A DNA stretch of 64,000 bases, taken from Methanobacteriota archaeon (GTDB lineage Archaea > Thermoplasmatota > Thermoplasmata > SG8-5 > JAGLSY01). The notes beneath the pieces were generated by a model that was given only the letters and a program-made list of their open reading frames with translations, was not told where the DNA came from and searched no databases. Of this stretch, positions 1 through 10,472 are shown piece by piece; the stretch's first letter is position 1; each line of letters opens with the position of its first letter. Location of the stretch: NCBI GenBank assembly GCA_020697715.1, contig JAEHCO010000003.1:160001-224000 (forward strand). Direction: 5' to 3'. Position numbers and translations under genes: made by a program.

Positions 1-3000
1 TCCTCATCTGGGTCATTCGGGAAGTCATCCTCTGAGTCCGGCACGCCGTCTCCGTCCGTGTCAGTCTCCGTTGTTGTATTATCATCCGTGTCTGGTATTC
101 CGCTTCCTACTGTGATATTGAAGAATATGGTATCAGATGCTCCTAAGTCATCTTCGGCAGAGAACTGTATTAAGAATGTACCATTTGCAGTTGGGGTCCC
201 TATCAATGTACAAGCAGGATCCGTTATATTTGGAACCATGCCAAGCCAGGTATTATTTGTGTTCAATGTCCAGGAAATAGTATCATTCTCATCTATATCT
301 ATTACACTGATCACAATGCTCCATTCTTCTCCTACTGCTCCATCAGGAACCGTGAAGGTCTCAATAACTGGCGCATCATTGACATTGGTGACTGTCACGG
401 TCACAGTTGCATTCACAAGCAGACCGCTACCGTCTCCTATAGTGTATGTGAATGTATCCACACCATTGAAATCCGCATCTGGCACATATGTCACATTGAG
501 GCCGGAATCGATTATCGCGACCGCGCCATTGATTGGTTGTGTCACTGCAGATATGGTCAATGTGTCTCCATCCAGGTCACTGTCATTATCCAGTACATCG
601 ATAGTGGTCGCAGTGCTGTCCTCATCCACTGTGGCCGTGTCATTTACAGCCACAGGTGCTTGGTTTGGAGCGACAGCTTCTGGCTGAACAGTGACATTCA
701 CGGTCGCTGTATCCGATCCTCCATTTCCATCAATTATGGTATATGTGAATGAATCCGTGCCGCTGAAGTCTGTGTCTGGTGTATAAGATACATTGCCAGT
801 CTCGAGAATCACTGCACCGTTCGTACCCTGTGTCACTCCATCGATATTGAGGCTATCGCCATCTATATCTGTATCATTTGCCAGTACATCGATGTATATT
901 ATTCCACCATTCTCAATGGCTATTGCTGTGTCATCAAAGGCCATAGGCACATCATTGACACTCGTGATGGTCATGCTGACAGTTGCAGTATCTGTCAGAC
1001 CTTCCATATCCTCTATTGTGTAAGTGAATGAATCCACGCCAAAGTAGTCTGCATTTGGTGTGTAGGACAGATCAGCTCCGCCATTGGTGATGGCAACTAC
1101 TCCGTTCGTACCCTGTGTTATGCCTATGATGGTTATGGCATCACCGGCATCTGGGTCATTGTCATTTGCCAATACATCGATAGTGTTCGCTCCACTGTCC
1201 TCCAGAATAGCCGCAGGTGCATCATTGACCGCGTTTGGAGCTTCATTATTGGCTGTCAGCTCGAAATCCTCATTTGGATAAAGTCCATTGTCTGTGGATG
1301 ATGCATTGACATCCACAGTGCAGTTCAGGACATCTTCCACAGCAGATATGACTGTCACGTTTATGCTCCAGTATTCCACTTGCCCAACTGTCATGTTGCC
1401 TATCTCCCATGACAGATTGCTCTGCCCCCAGAAGATCATAGTCTGATTGCTGGAGACATAAAGAACATCAGCTGGCAGGTGTATGGTGGCATTGACCATT
1501 GTGGCATCTACAGGGCCGTAATTTGTCACTGTCACATTGTAGAACAGGGTGTCGCCTACCATTACTGGATCCGCTGAATCCGTGATATTGATCCCCAGAT
1601 CTGCAGAAGGTGGTGGTGTCAGAGCCGCGAATGCCTGCAAGAATGGGTAAGTGTAATTCTCATGAATTCCCCATATCGATGTGAAGTCCCAGTTGGTGAA
1701 AGTGGCCTGCATCATCATCTCAGTTGTGTTATAGGGCGTGATGTCTGGAGCCGGTCCACCACCGATAACTCCAATTTCGATATCTGTACCGGATGTTTGA
1801 TTGTCGAAATAACAGTCACTTATACCTCCATTTCCACGATATCCGATGAATCCACCGACCTCTGGCATAGTTCCTGAGGCATTACCTGTGGAATAAGATG
1901 TGAAAACTCCATTATAGTTCTGGCCTATAAGACCTCCAACATTCTGTAGGCCGATCACATCACCTTGTGCATAGCAATCTGTCACAGAGCTACCCCATTT
2001 GTTACCGATCAAACCTCCGGCATTATCACCTGTGGCATTTACGTTTCCTGTAGCGAAGGATTGTGATATTTCGATATCTGAAAATCCGCATAGACCGCCT
2101 ACATCCGTCACTCCATAGACATTCCCGGTGGCATAGGAAAATGATATGGTGCCTGTCGTGGATCCTACGAGCCCACCATGCCCAGTTCCTCCACTTGATC
2201 CGACATTTCCGGTGCTGTAGGACATGCTCACGGCCCCAGTATTATCGCCAATTAAACCACCAACATTGTTGCCTGTTCCATTGACACTACCAGTACTGTA
2301 GCAGTTAGATACCGTGCCCCCATCATTATATCCTATGAGTCCACCAACATCAATTCCAGTTCCGCTGACACTACCTGTGCTGTGGCAATCCGTGATATCA
2401 CCATTGCTCCATCCTGCAAAGCCGCCTGCATAATCCGATGAGCCACTGACGGCTCCTGTGCTGGAACAATTGTCTATTGTTCCAGAAGAAGATCCTGTAA
2501 ATCCACCTGCATATTCCATCGAAGCATTGGCCATACCAATGCTGGTACTATGCGAGATGGTTCCGAGATTAGCACCTATGAAGCCGCCAACATGGATACG
2601 GCCGCTGGAATTGCCAATACTGTAGCAATCTATTATATCCCCATCACTTCGTCCTGCAAAAGCGCCAACATAGTCATCTGTTCCATAAGCATCTCCAGTG
2701 CTGTGGGACATGTTCACGGTTCCCGTGCTGTAGCCAATTAATCCACCCACATTGATAGATGTTCCACTGGCCATTCCATGTGCTGAGCAACCATATATGT
2801 CGGCATCGCACATTCCAATAAGTCCGCCAACATTAGATGTTCCATTGACGTTCCCATAAGCCGAACTGTTACTGACCGAGGAACCCAGATCTGCCTCTGC
2901 AACGAGCCCGCCTACGTTCGCTGTCCCGGTCGTGTATCCGCTTGTGGTGCAATTCTCAACCATTCCATTACTGGTCAGACCACCGACGAGCCCGCCAGTA

Positions 3001-3809
3001 TTTGCATTTCCGGTGACATCTGCGAAGGTTGTACAATTGACCACATCTCCATTGGTCTCTCCAACAAGACCTCCAATGTAATTAGTTCCATTAACACTGG
3101 CAATTGAATATGTGTTGAATATATCTCCACCAACAGAAACACCTACGGCACCACCAATTATGGTTGTTCCCGTAACACTTCCCGTTACTGTACAATTATC
3201 CACCACACCGTTGAGCATCCAGCCAACCAGTCCACCAGAGCGATCGGCTGTGGAGGTAATGATACCATTATAAGAGGAGTGTTTCAAGGTCCCTCCTCCC
3301 AAGTAACCGACTATACCTCCAACACGACTATAACCTGTGATATTACCATTGATATTGCAATTGACCACAGAGCCTCCTGAATTACCGAATAGGCTCTGGA
3401 ATCCGACATCTGGACGGTTAATGAAAAGCCCATTTATGGAATATCCTCTGCCATCTAAGGAGCCAGAGAACCATGGTCCTTGATGAGTGGTCTGTGTTGA
3501 ATTGTCCGTATCATAGGCGATCGGCACGAATCCCTCGAAAGAGGTGGTGGTCGCATTCCAGCCCCATGTCAGGGTCGCGGTCGCATCAATGTCATTGCCC
3601 AGTGCATAATGCGCCATGAGATCCATGTTCATGGCCTGGAGTTCTGTCACATTCTGAATTATGTATGGATCGCCAATAGTACCAGTACCTCCGGCAAAAG
3701 GACTTTCTCCAATTCCTGATATTTCTCCAGAAATTCCTGGGATAATAACGCTCAAAGATACTGTACTCATCAATATTGCTAATGCAATTGCGGTGATTTT
3801 TCCTCTCAT
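1..3809 (-). CDS. Large secreted/surface protein (GLUG-type repeats, DUF11-like, tandem Ig/cadherin-like repeats, TSP3-like Ca-binding repeat); 3' end outside window
   Basis: Not in the ORF track, consistent with no stop inside the window. ATG at 3809 gives MRGKITAIALAILMSTVSLSVIIPG (signal peptide), then FAGGTGTIGDPYIIQ...HYALGNDIDA and many VGGLIG-type repeats; the same frame reads DTDGDGVPDSEDDFPNDPDE at the window edge. Confidence 0.85.
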   Translation of the reverse strand, partial: MRGKITAIALAILMSTVSLSVIIPGISGEISGIGESPFAGGTGTIGDPYIIQNVTELQAMNMDLMAHYALGNDIDATATLTWGWNATTTSFEGFVPIAYDTDNSTQTTHQGPWFSGSLDGRGYSINGLFINRPDVGFQSLFGNSGGSVVNCNINGNITGYSRVGGIVGYLGGGTLKHSSYNGIITSTADRSGGLVGWMLNGVVDNCTVTGSVTGTTIIGGAVGVSVGGDIFNTYSIASVNGTNYIGGLVGETNGDVVNCTTFADVTGNANTGGLVGGLTSNGMVENCTTSGYTTGTANVGGLVAEADLGSSVSNSSAYGNVNGTSNVGGLIGMCDADIYGCSAHGMASGTSINVGGLIGYSTGTVNMSHSTGDAYGTDDYVGAFAGRSDGDIIDCYSIGNSSGRIHVGGFIGANLGTISHSTSIGMANASMEYAGGFTGSSSGTIDNCSSTGAVSGSSDYAGGFAGWSNGDITDCHSTGSVSGTGIDVGGLIGYNDGGTVSNCYSTGSVNGTGNNVGGLIGDNTGAVSMSYSTGNVGSSGGTGHGGLVGSTTGTISFSYATGNVYGVTDVGGLCGFSDIEISQSFATGNVNATGDNAGGLIGNKWGSSVTDCYAQGDVIGLQNVGGLIGQNYNGVFTSYSTGNASGTMPEVGGFIGYRGNGGISDCYFDNQTSGTDIEIGVIGGGPAPDITPYNTTEMMMQATFTNWDFTSIWGIHENYTYPFLQAFAALTPPPSADLGINITDSADPVMVGDTLFYNVTVTNYGPVDATMVNATIHLPADVLYVSSNQTMIFWGQSNLSWEIGNMTVGQVEYWSINVTVISAVEDVLNCTVDVNASSTDNGLYPNEDFELTANNEAPNAVNDAPAAILEDSGANTIDVLANDNDPDAGDAITIIGITQGTNGVVAITNGGADLSYTPNADYFGVDSFTYTIEDMEGLTDTATVSMTITSVNDVPMAFDDTAIAIENGGIIYIDVLANDTDIDGDSLNIDGVTQGTNGAVILETGNVSYTPDTDFSGTDSFTYTIIDGNGGSDTATVNVTVQPEAVAPNQAPVAVNDTATVDEDSTATTIDVLDNDSDLDGDTLTISAVTQPINGAVAIIDSGLNVTYVPDADFNGVDTFTYTIGDGSGLLVNATVTVTVTNVNDAPVIETFTVPDGAVGEEWSIVISVIDIDENDTISWTLNTNNTWLGMVPNITDPACTLIGTPTANGTFLIQFSAEDDLGASDTIFFNITVGSGIPDTDDNTTTETDTDGDGVPDSEDDFPNDPDE

Positions 3810-3999
3810 ATCAAACACACTCTTGTCTGTATATCTACCAATTAGATAAAGAGAGGATATTTGTCATATATGATAAAGGTTATCTAAACAATGTTATAGT
3901 TGTACAATATAATTGAATTATCTTGTATTACCTTGTATTATCTCGATTTTGCCCTAAAGTTTATGATATGTAAATCATTGTCCGGGCTTGGAGATACAC

Positions 4000-5646
4000 A
4001 TGACCGAGTACAAGGCACCTAGAGGAACAGATATCACCTGCCAGAACTGGCGGATAGAAGCCATTTTGAGAACACTCCACAACAATCTGGAGAATGCCGA
4101 GAGGCCGGATGATCTTATCATCTATGGTGGAACAGGAAAAGCCGCCAGGAACCACGAAGCACTGGCTGCTATAGTCCGCTCACTCAGGGACCTAAAACCC
4201 GATGAGACCTTGCTTATACAATCCGGCAAGCCAGTCGGCATATTCCAAACCTTTGAGAACTCACCCCGAGTTCTGATAGCCAACTCCAATTTGGTTGGTA
4301 ATTGGTCCAATTGGGAGCATTTCAATGAGTTGGAAGCAAAGGGCCTGATGATGTATGGCCAGATGACAGCTGGCTCCTGGTGTTATATTGGAACTCAGGG
4401 CATAATTCAGGGAACTTATGAGACATTCGCCGCCCTCGCGGACAAGCATTATGATGGCTCTCTTGAAGGCAAGTTCTGTCTAACTGGCGGCATGGGCGGC
4501 ATGGGCGGAGCTCAACCTCTGTCCATCAAGATGGCTGGTGGTGTCGGCCTTGTCGTGGAAGTGGAGGAAAGCCGGATCAAGAGAAGGCTCGATGCAGGAT
4601 TCTGCGATGTCATGGTGGAGGATCTCAATGAGGCACTGGCCCTTATCGATCTGGCAAGGAAAGAAGGCAAAGCCACATCCATCGGCTTGCTGGGAAATGC
4701 CGCTGATATATTCCCCGAGATGGTCAAGCGGGGCATAGTGCCGGATGTCGTGACAGACCAGACATCCGCTCATGACGAATTGAATGGTTATGTGCCAAAG
4801 GGCTACTGGGGCGATAATTTGGCGGAAGCCGATGAACTGAGAAAGAACAACCCGGAGCAATACAAATCAGAATCCATGCAGTCGATGAAAGAGCATTGCA
4901 AGGCGATGGTGGACTTCCAGAAGATGGGGTCAGTTGTCTTCGATTACGGTAATAATCTCAGAGGCCAGGCGCAGAAAGCTGGACTCCAGGAGGCATTTGC
5001 ATATCCGGGCTTCGTGCTGGCATATGTGCGCCCATTGTTCTGCGAAGGTCGAGGACCATTCCGATGGCTCGCGCTCACTGGCGATCCGGAGGACATACTC
5101 AAGACTGATAGAGCGATAAAAGCCACTTTCCCAGATAATCAACTTCTCATGAATTGGATCGACCTGGCAGAGGAACACCTGCCATGGGAAGGCCTGCCGG
5201 CGAGAGTATGCTGGTTGGGATATGGAGAAAGAATGAAATTCGCGCTTATCATGAATAAAATGGTCCGAGATGGAGAGATCGGGCCAGTCGCGATCACCAG
5301 GGATCATCTGGACTCCGGTTCGGTCGCTTCCCCGAACCGCGAAACTGAAGGTATGAAGGACGGGACCGATGCAGTGGCTGACTGGCCATTGCTCAGCGCG
5401 CTGATAAACGCATCCGCGGGAGCCGATATGGTCGCGCTCCACAATGGAGGCGGAGTTGGAATTGGCCTCAGCCAGCATAGTGGGATGATAGTCGTTTGCG
5501 ACGGCACAGAGGACACGGACGAGCGCATAAAACGTGTATTCACGACAGATCCTGGCATGGGTGTCATCAGACACGCGGACGCGGGCTACGAGATCGCGAT
5601 AAGAACAGCCAAGGAAAAAGGCGTGAGAATTCCGATGCTGGAATAA
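4000..5646 (+). CDS. hutU: Urocanate hydratase
   Basis: Motifs [51 protein letters not shown]. Start placed at ATG 4000 after GGAGA. Confidence 0.97.
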   Translation: MTEYKAPRGTDITCQNWRIEAILRTLHNNLENAERPDDLIIYGGTGKAARNHEALAAIVRSLRDLKPDETLLIQSGKPVGIFQTFENSPRVLIANSNLVGNWSNWEHFNELEAKGLMMYGQMTAGSWCYIGTQGIIQGTYETFAALADKHYDGSLEGKFCLTGGMGGMGGAQPLSIKMAGGVGLVVEVEESRIKRRLDAGFCDVMVEDLNEALALIDLARKEGKATSIGLLGNAADIFPEMVKRGIVPDVVTDQTSAHDELNGYVPKGYWGDNLAEADELRKNNPEQYKSESMQSMKEHCKAMVDFQKMGSVVFDYGNNLRGQAQKAGLQEAFAYPGFVLAYVRPLFCEGRGPFRWLALTGDPEDILKTDRAIKATFPDNQLLMNWIDLAEEHLPWEGLPARVCWLGYGERMKFALIMNKMVRDGEIGPVAITRDHLDSGSVASPNRETEGMKDGTDAVADWPLLSALINASAGADMVALHNGGGVGIGLSQHSGMIVVCDGTEDTDERIKRVFTTDPGMGVIRHADAGYEIAIRTAKEKGVRIPMLE

Positions 5647-5700
5647 GCATATTCTATGCATAATCATTCCAGCAGTATGTCAGTATTTTCCCAACGGCAT

Positions 5701-5742
5701 GCCCCGTCTGGATGATTCATAGATCATTCATCAGGGCGGGGT
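5701..5742. repeat. GC-rich inverted repeat (REP or IS200/IS605-end-like)
   Basis: GCCCCGTCTGGATGA...TCATCAGGGCGGGGT stem between convergent hutU and rnz. Confidence 0.5.
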
Positions 5743-5763
5743 ACTATATTCAATGAGGATTCA

Positions 5764-5829
5764 AGTGACAGTCACAGAGTGCTCTGATATTCGGAACCCC
5801 GTCAGGAGTTCAACGATGGACGGGGGGAT
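5764..5829. repeat. Dispersed intergenic element, copy 1
   Basis: AGTGACAGTCAC palindrome, 12 nt, TATTCGGAACCCCGTC...GACGGGG stem; same layout at 8650-8713. Confidence 0.6.
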
Positions 5830-5935
5830 CAATCTTTCTGAAGCCTCAAACCACGCCACCATCCGCTCCCACCCACACTGGGACAATGAACTTACCCACC
5901 CACGTTTGAGAGGATTGTAAGAATTATAACTACAA

Positions 5936-6853
5936 CTATTCCTCAGAATACCCTATCTTATACTCAGAAAAATCATCTGCCACAACCACATTGTCAAAGA
6001 CTGTTTTCGCATCAGCCAGCACGATATCACTGCTATCGTATCTTGGGCTGATGTGAGTTAAGATAAGCATCTTTACTTCGGCATCCCTGGCGATCTCCGC
6101 CGCCTGCTTCGCGGTCGAATGCCCGTATTCATTCGCCTTTTGCTCAAGGGTTGTATCGGCTGTCGCCTCGTGTATGAGGACATCCGCACCCTTCGCAAGC
6201 TCTTGGATGATATTACTGGGGCCAGTATCTCCACTGTACACCAGTTTGATCCCTTTTCTGGGGGGGCCGAGAACCATATCGGGAGTGAAGGTCTTGCCAT
6301 CATGCTCCACCTCCTTACCTTGCTGAAGCTGGCTGAATAATCTCCCCTCTGGAATACCAAGCTCCAAGGCCTTTGGCTTATTGAACTTCCCAGGTCTTTG
6401 ATGTTCTTCCAAGGAATAGGCCAGTGCGGGGATCGAGTGGTTTGCCTCAGCCACCCGGATACTGTATCCGTCATCCTCGAAGTTCAGTTCATCACCCGGA
6501 TAGACATCGTGTAGTTTGATCGCGTATTTCGATTCGAAATAACCCTGCTCCAGAATTGTCTGGACTGTCTTGATAGTCCCCTCGGGGCCATATACTTCCA
6601 AAGGCGAATCGCGATTGTTCAGGGACATGGACTGGATCAATCCCGGCAATCCGAGAAAATGATCTCCATGATAATGTGTGATGAATATGCGCTTTATCTG
6701 CATGAAAGAAACTGATGATATCATGAGCTGGCGTTGTGTCCCCTCGCCGCAATCAAAGAGAATTATTTCCTTACCTCTCTTGACTGCCAGTGCGGACACA
6801 TTGCGGTCTGGTGAAGGCCAACTTCCTCCGGTTCCGAGAAACACTATCTGCAT
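5936..6853 (-). CDS. rnz: Ribonuclease Z
   Basis: FLGTGG start, DCGEGTQRQ, THYHGDHFLGLPG, flexible arm GIPEG, SGDT, HEAT, GHST, LTHISPRY. Confidence 0.96.
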   Translation of the reverse strand: MQIVFLGTGGSWPSPDRNVSALAVKRGKEIILFDCGEGTQRQLMISSVSFMQIKRIFITHYHGDHFLGLPGLIQSMSLNNRDSPLEVYGPEGTIKTVQTILEQGYFESKYAIKLHDVYPGDELNFEDDGYSIRVAEANHSIPALAYSLEEHQRPGKFNKPKALELGIPEGRLFSQLQQGKEVEHDGKTFTPDMVLGPPRKGIKLVYSGDTGPSNIIQELAKGADVLIHEATADTTLEQKANEYGHSTAKQAAEIARDAEVKMLILTHISPRYDSSDIVLADAKTVFDNVVVADDFSEYKIGYSEE

Positions 6854-6972
6854 CGTGTTTGGATAAGTGATGAAGTATTAATAATTCTCCTTAATCGACT
6901 ATTTGGCGTATTATTTTATATTAATCTCACTTTGTCGGTGTCATCAAACCGGAGTCAAAAAGGAGTGAGAAA

Positions 6973-8496
6973 ATGACATTGATAATTGACGGAGACAGCC
7001 TGAAGATAGAGGACGTTGTTGCAGTGGCCAGACATGGCAAGAAGGTGGAGCTTGACCCACTTGCAGTGGAGCGCATAAACAAGTGCCGTGCGATGTTGGA
7101 GAGGAAGATCGAGGCCAATGAGATCATGTACGGTGTGAACACTGGCATTGGCGAGTTCTCCGAAGTTGTTCTCAATGATGACCAGGTCAAGGATTTCCAG
7201 AAATATCTCGTCTACAACCATGCTGCTGGCATCGGTGATCCAGCACCCCTCGAGTATGTCAGGGGAGCCATGCTGGGCAGGGTAAATGTCCATGCCCACG
7301 GCAACTCCGGCTGCCGCCTGAATATCACCCAGACCCTTGTCGATATGCTGAACAAAGGTGTCACTCCATTCGTATGCCAGAAAGGTTCTGTCGGCGCATG
7401 CGGTGACCTCGCCCCGATGTCCCAGATCGCACTTCTCATGATGGGCGAAGGCAAGGCTTATTTCCAGGGCGAACTCCTCGATGGAAAAGAGGCCATGGAC
7501 AAGGCAGGAATTCCAATACCTGGCTTGCAAGCCCGTGACGGACTGGCGACCATCAATGGTTCCAATGTTCTAACCGCGATGAGCGCGATCTTCCTTTATG
7601 ATGCAGGAAGATGGCTGAAGCAGGCGGAAATAGCCGCCGCGATGTCACTCGAAGCACTCAAGGCGAACATGAAGCCATACACCGCTAGGCTTCATGAAGT
7701 ACGCGGATTCCAGGGCGCGGTCAGGTCGGCCAATGCGATCAATATGTTGATAGCCGACGGCGATCTAAAAGAACAGCGCATCAAAGTGAAAGTTCAAGAC
7801 GCTTACAGCATGAGATCCAGTCCCCAGGTCATCGGAGCAGCCCACGATGCAATTCGATGGGCCAGAAGCCAAGTGGAGATCGAACTGAACGGTGTTGGTG
7901 ATAATCCGATCTTCTTCCCGGATGAGAACATGGCACTTTCTGGAGCCAATTTCCAGGGCTCGCCAGTATCCTTGCCGATGGACATGGCCGGCATCGCGAT
8001 CACCATGGTCAGCGTGCTCTCAGAAAGGCGTATGAACCGTCTCAATAATCCGGCTTTATCAGAAGGATTACCACCATTCCTGACAAAAGGCGCAGGAATG
8101 TTTTCGGGACTCATGCTCAGCCAGTACACGGCGGATATGCAGATAGTGGAGCAGAGGATCCTATCCGCTCCAGCAAGCATCCAGTCAATTCCAGCCGCCG
8201 CCGATCAGGAGGATTTCGTCTCAATGGGCATGAACACCGCCATCAAGAACTTCCAGATACTGGACAATGCTTACGGCATCTTGGGCATCGAGCTGATGGC
8301 TGCCGCTCAGGCATTGGATTTCAGGGATTTCAAATTCGGAATAGGAACGACCAAGGCGAAAGAGGTTATCAGAAGGCATGTGGACTTCCTTGACATTGAC
8401 AGGCCGCTGTATCCCGACCACACGAACATGAAGGAGCTCGTGAGATCTGGCGAGATACTGGAAGAAGTGGAGAAAGTGGTTGGCAGTTTGGGATGA
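6973..8496 (+). CDS. hutH: Histidine/aromatic amino acid ammonia-lyase with Ala-Cys-Gly MIO triad
   Basis: YGVNTGIG, GSVGACGDLAP, INGSN, VQDAYSMR, DNP, ANFQG, QEDFVSMG; hutU lies nearby. Substrate is inferred from context. Confidence 0.8.
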   Translation: MTLIIDGDSLKIEDVVAVARHGKKVELDPLAVERINKCRAMLERKIEANEIMYGVNTGIGEFSEVVLNDDQVKDFQKYLVYNHAAGIGDPAPLEYVRGAMLGRVNVHAHGNSGCRLNITQTLVDMLNKGVTPFVCQKGSVGACGDLAPMSQIALLMMGEGKAYFQGELLDGKEAMDKAGIPIPGLQARDGLATINGSNVLTAMSAIFLYDAGRWLKQAEIAAAMSLEALKANMKPYTARLHEVRGFQGAVRSANAINMLIADGDLKEQRIKVKVQDAYSMRSSPQVIGAAHDAIRWARSQVEIELNGVGDNPIFFPDENMALSGANFQGSPVSLPMDMAGIAITMVSVLSERRMNRLNNPALSEGLPPFLTKGAGMFSGLMLSQYTADMQIVEQRILSAPASIQSIPAAADQEDFVSMGMNTAIKNFQILDNAYGILGIELMAAAQALDFRDFKFGIGTTKAKEVIRRHVDFLDIDRPLYPDHTNMKELVRSGEILEEVEKVVGSLG

Positions 8497-8649
8497 AAAA
8501 CCTGATTGCAATAATATGCAAGGCAATAATTATTCGAGCATGCCCCAGGGCGAGTGTATTTTGCGTTAAATGCGCAAAATAATAGTTCGAGAAGCACAGC
8601 GATTCGAACTATGACGCAGACCTGGGGTATTATATTCTATATCTCAGTG

Positions 8650-8713
8650 AGTGACAGTCACCAATTGTTCCCTATTCGAAAACCCCGTATGTAGCGAAGC
8701 GAAGGGCGGGGAT
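8650..8713. repeat. Dispersed intergenic element, copy 2
   Basis: AGTGACAGTCAC, 11 nt, TATTCGAAAACCCCGT...GGCGGGGAT. Confidence 0.6.
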
Positions 8714-8778
8714 GTTCAAAATTTTGATATATCGATACATTTAACTATCAAAATCAAATTCAAAGGTCTGGTTAGAAC

Positions 8779-9732
8779 ATGAGATACATCGTTACTGGGG
8801 GCGCGGGATTCATCGGCAGCCACATCGTTGACAGGCTGCTTGCTGAAGGACATGAGGTTACTGTAATTGACAATATGACCACTGGTTTTCCAGAATATAT
8901 CAGTCAGCATGATGGCAATCCCAATTTTAAGTTAGATAAGTTCGATCTCAAGGACCTTGCCAGGACCAAGGAGGCTTTCAAGGATCAAGATGCTGTATTT
9001 CATCTTGCTGCCAATGCCGATGTCCGCGGAGGTCTGGAAGATAATTTCCGCGACCTGGAGAGAAATGTCCTGGTCACCCACAATGTGCTGGAAGCCATGA
9101 GGGCGAATGATATTTCCAAGATATTATTCTCCTCGACAGCCGCGGTCTATGGTGAGCCAGATGTATTTCCCACTCCCGAGACCTACCATCCCCGGCAAAC
9201 CTCATTTTACGGGGCCTCAAAGCTTTCATGCGAGGGCTTCATCGAGTCCTTCTGCGAGGCCTATGGATTCCAGGCCTGGATGTTCAGATTCGTTTCCATC
9301 CAGGGTGAGCGGCATCCTCATGGAGTTACATATGACTTCGTGAAGAAGCTGAAGGCCGATCCCACCCAGATGGAGATAATCGGCGATGGAACCTCCAAAA
9401 AATCATACTGCCACGTGGATGATTGTGTTGATGGTTTCATGATGGCCTTCGAGAAGGCCAATGATAAAGTGAACTTATTCAATATCGGCAATACCGAATA
9501 TGTGGATGTGACAAGCCTGGCTGGGTATGTGACCAGCGAGATGGGTTTGGATAATGTCAAATTCAATTACACTGGCGGAATGCGCGGATGGATAGGCGAC
9601 TCGCCACTGGTCCAGCTTGATATTTCCAAACTTCGAGCACTGGGCTGGGAGCCGAAGAACAATATCGAACAGACCGTCCGTCGAACAGTACGCTGGCTCA
9701 TGGACAATCCTTATGTTTACGGAGAAAGATGA
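8779..9732 (+). CDS. NAD-dependent nucleotide-sugar epimerase/dehydratase (extended SDR)
   Basis: [28 protein letters not shown]. Confidence 0.93.
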   Translation: MRYIVTGGAGFIGSHIVDRLLAEGHEVTVIDNMTTGFPEYISQHDGNPNFKLDKFDLKDLARTKEAFKDQDAVFHLAANADVRGGLEDNFRDLERNVLVTHNVLEAMRANDISKILFSSTAAVYGEPDVFPTPETYHPRQTSFYGASKLSCEGFIESFCEAYGFQAWMFRFVSIQGERHPHGVTYDFVKKLKADPTQMEIIGDGTSKKSYCHVDDCVDGFMMAFEKANDKVNLFNIGNTEYVDVTSLAGYVTSEMGLDNVKFNYTGGMRGWIGDSPLVQLDISKLRALGWEPKNNIEQTVRRTVRWLMDNPYVYGER

Positions 9733-9755
9733 AGAGATCAATGCGGGTGTGAAAA

Positions 9756-10472
9756 ATGACCGAGGGGAAAGTGGAGCAGGCAGTGGTCTTATGCGGGGGA
9801 CTTGGAACCAGGCTTCAGTCGGTTTCCAAGGATATTCCCAAGTCCATGATGCCCATTGATGGGCGCCCCTTCCTCGAGATACTGGTGTCGCAGTTCAAGA
9901 ATCACGGCATCACTCGCTTTCTTTTCCTCACAAGTCATCTTCACGAGGTCATCGAGGAACACTTTGGAGATGGCTCTGCTTTCGATGTCGATATTGAATA
10001 TTCAACAGAGCCAGAGCCCATGGGGACTGGTGGAGCTCTGGAACTTGCCAAGGACAAGCTGGATGATGTTTTCTTCCTGGTCAATGGCGATACCATACTT
10101 CCAATTGATCCGACAATGCTCATTGCTGGATTCTACAGACAGAAATGTCTTGGATATGTCACGGTATATGACAATCACGAGGAGATCGCGGATAAAAATA
10201 TCATAATAGATGGAAAGGGCCAGGTATTGCTCTACACTAAACGGACATCTCTGCCGGAGATGACCGGGGTGGAAGCTGGCATGTCCATTCTGGATAAGAA
10301 GGTGCTGAAGATCTGCAAGAAGGAAAGCTATTCCCTGGAAATGGAGGTCTTCCCGAAATTAATAAATAATGGCCGTCTCTTTGGTTTATTAACGAGCCAG
10401 CGTTTCTACGACATTGGAACACCCGAAAGGCTGGAACTTGCAAGGAGTGTATTGAATGACCTTGGTTGGTAG
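9756..10472 (+). CDS. hddC: Sugar-phosphate nucleotidyltransferase (HddC-like heptose-1-P guanylyltransferase)
   Basis: LCGGLGTRL, PK, EPEPMGTGGA, NGD, FYDIGTPE; clustered with hddA, gmhA and gmhB. Confidence 0.75.
   Translation: MTEGKVEQAVVLCGGLGTRLQSVSKDIPKSMMPIDGRPFLEILVSQFKNHGITRFLFLTSHLHEVIEEHFGDGSAFDVDIEYSTEPEPMGTGGALELAKDKLDDVFFLVNGDTILPIDPTMLIAGFYRQKCLGYVTVYDNHEEIADKNIIIDGKGQVLLYTKRTSLPEMTGVEAGMSILDKKVLKICKKESYSLEMEVFPKLINNGRLFGLLTSQRFYDIGTPERLELARSVLNDLGW

Noticed and set aside
58-3849. Plus-strand ORFs of 60-209 aa
   Set aside because: Antisense shadows of the long minus-strand surface protein gene.
4930-5667. 245-aa antisense ORF over hutU, and similar shadows such as 20846-21511, 34342-34965 and 14002-14595
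   Set aside because: They overlap well-conserved genes on the other strand and show no recognizable motifs.
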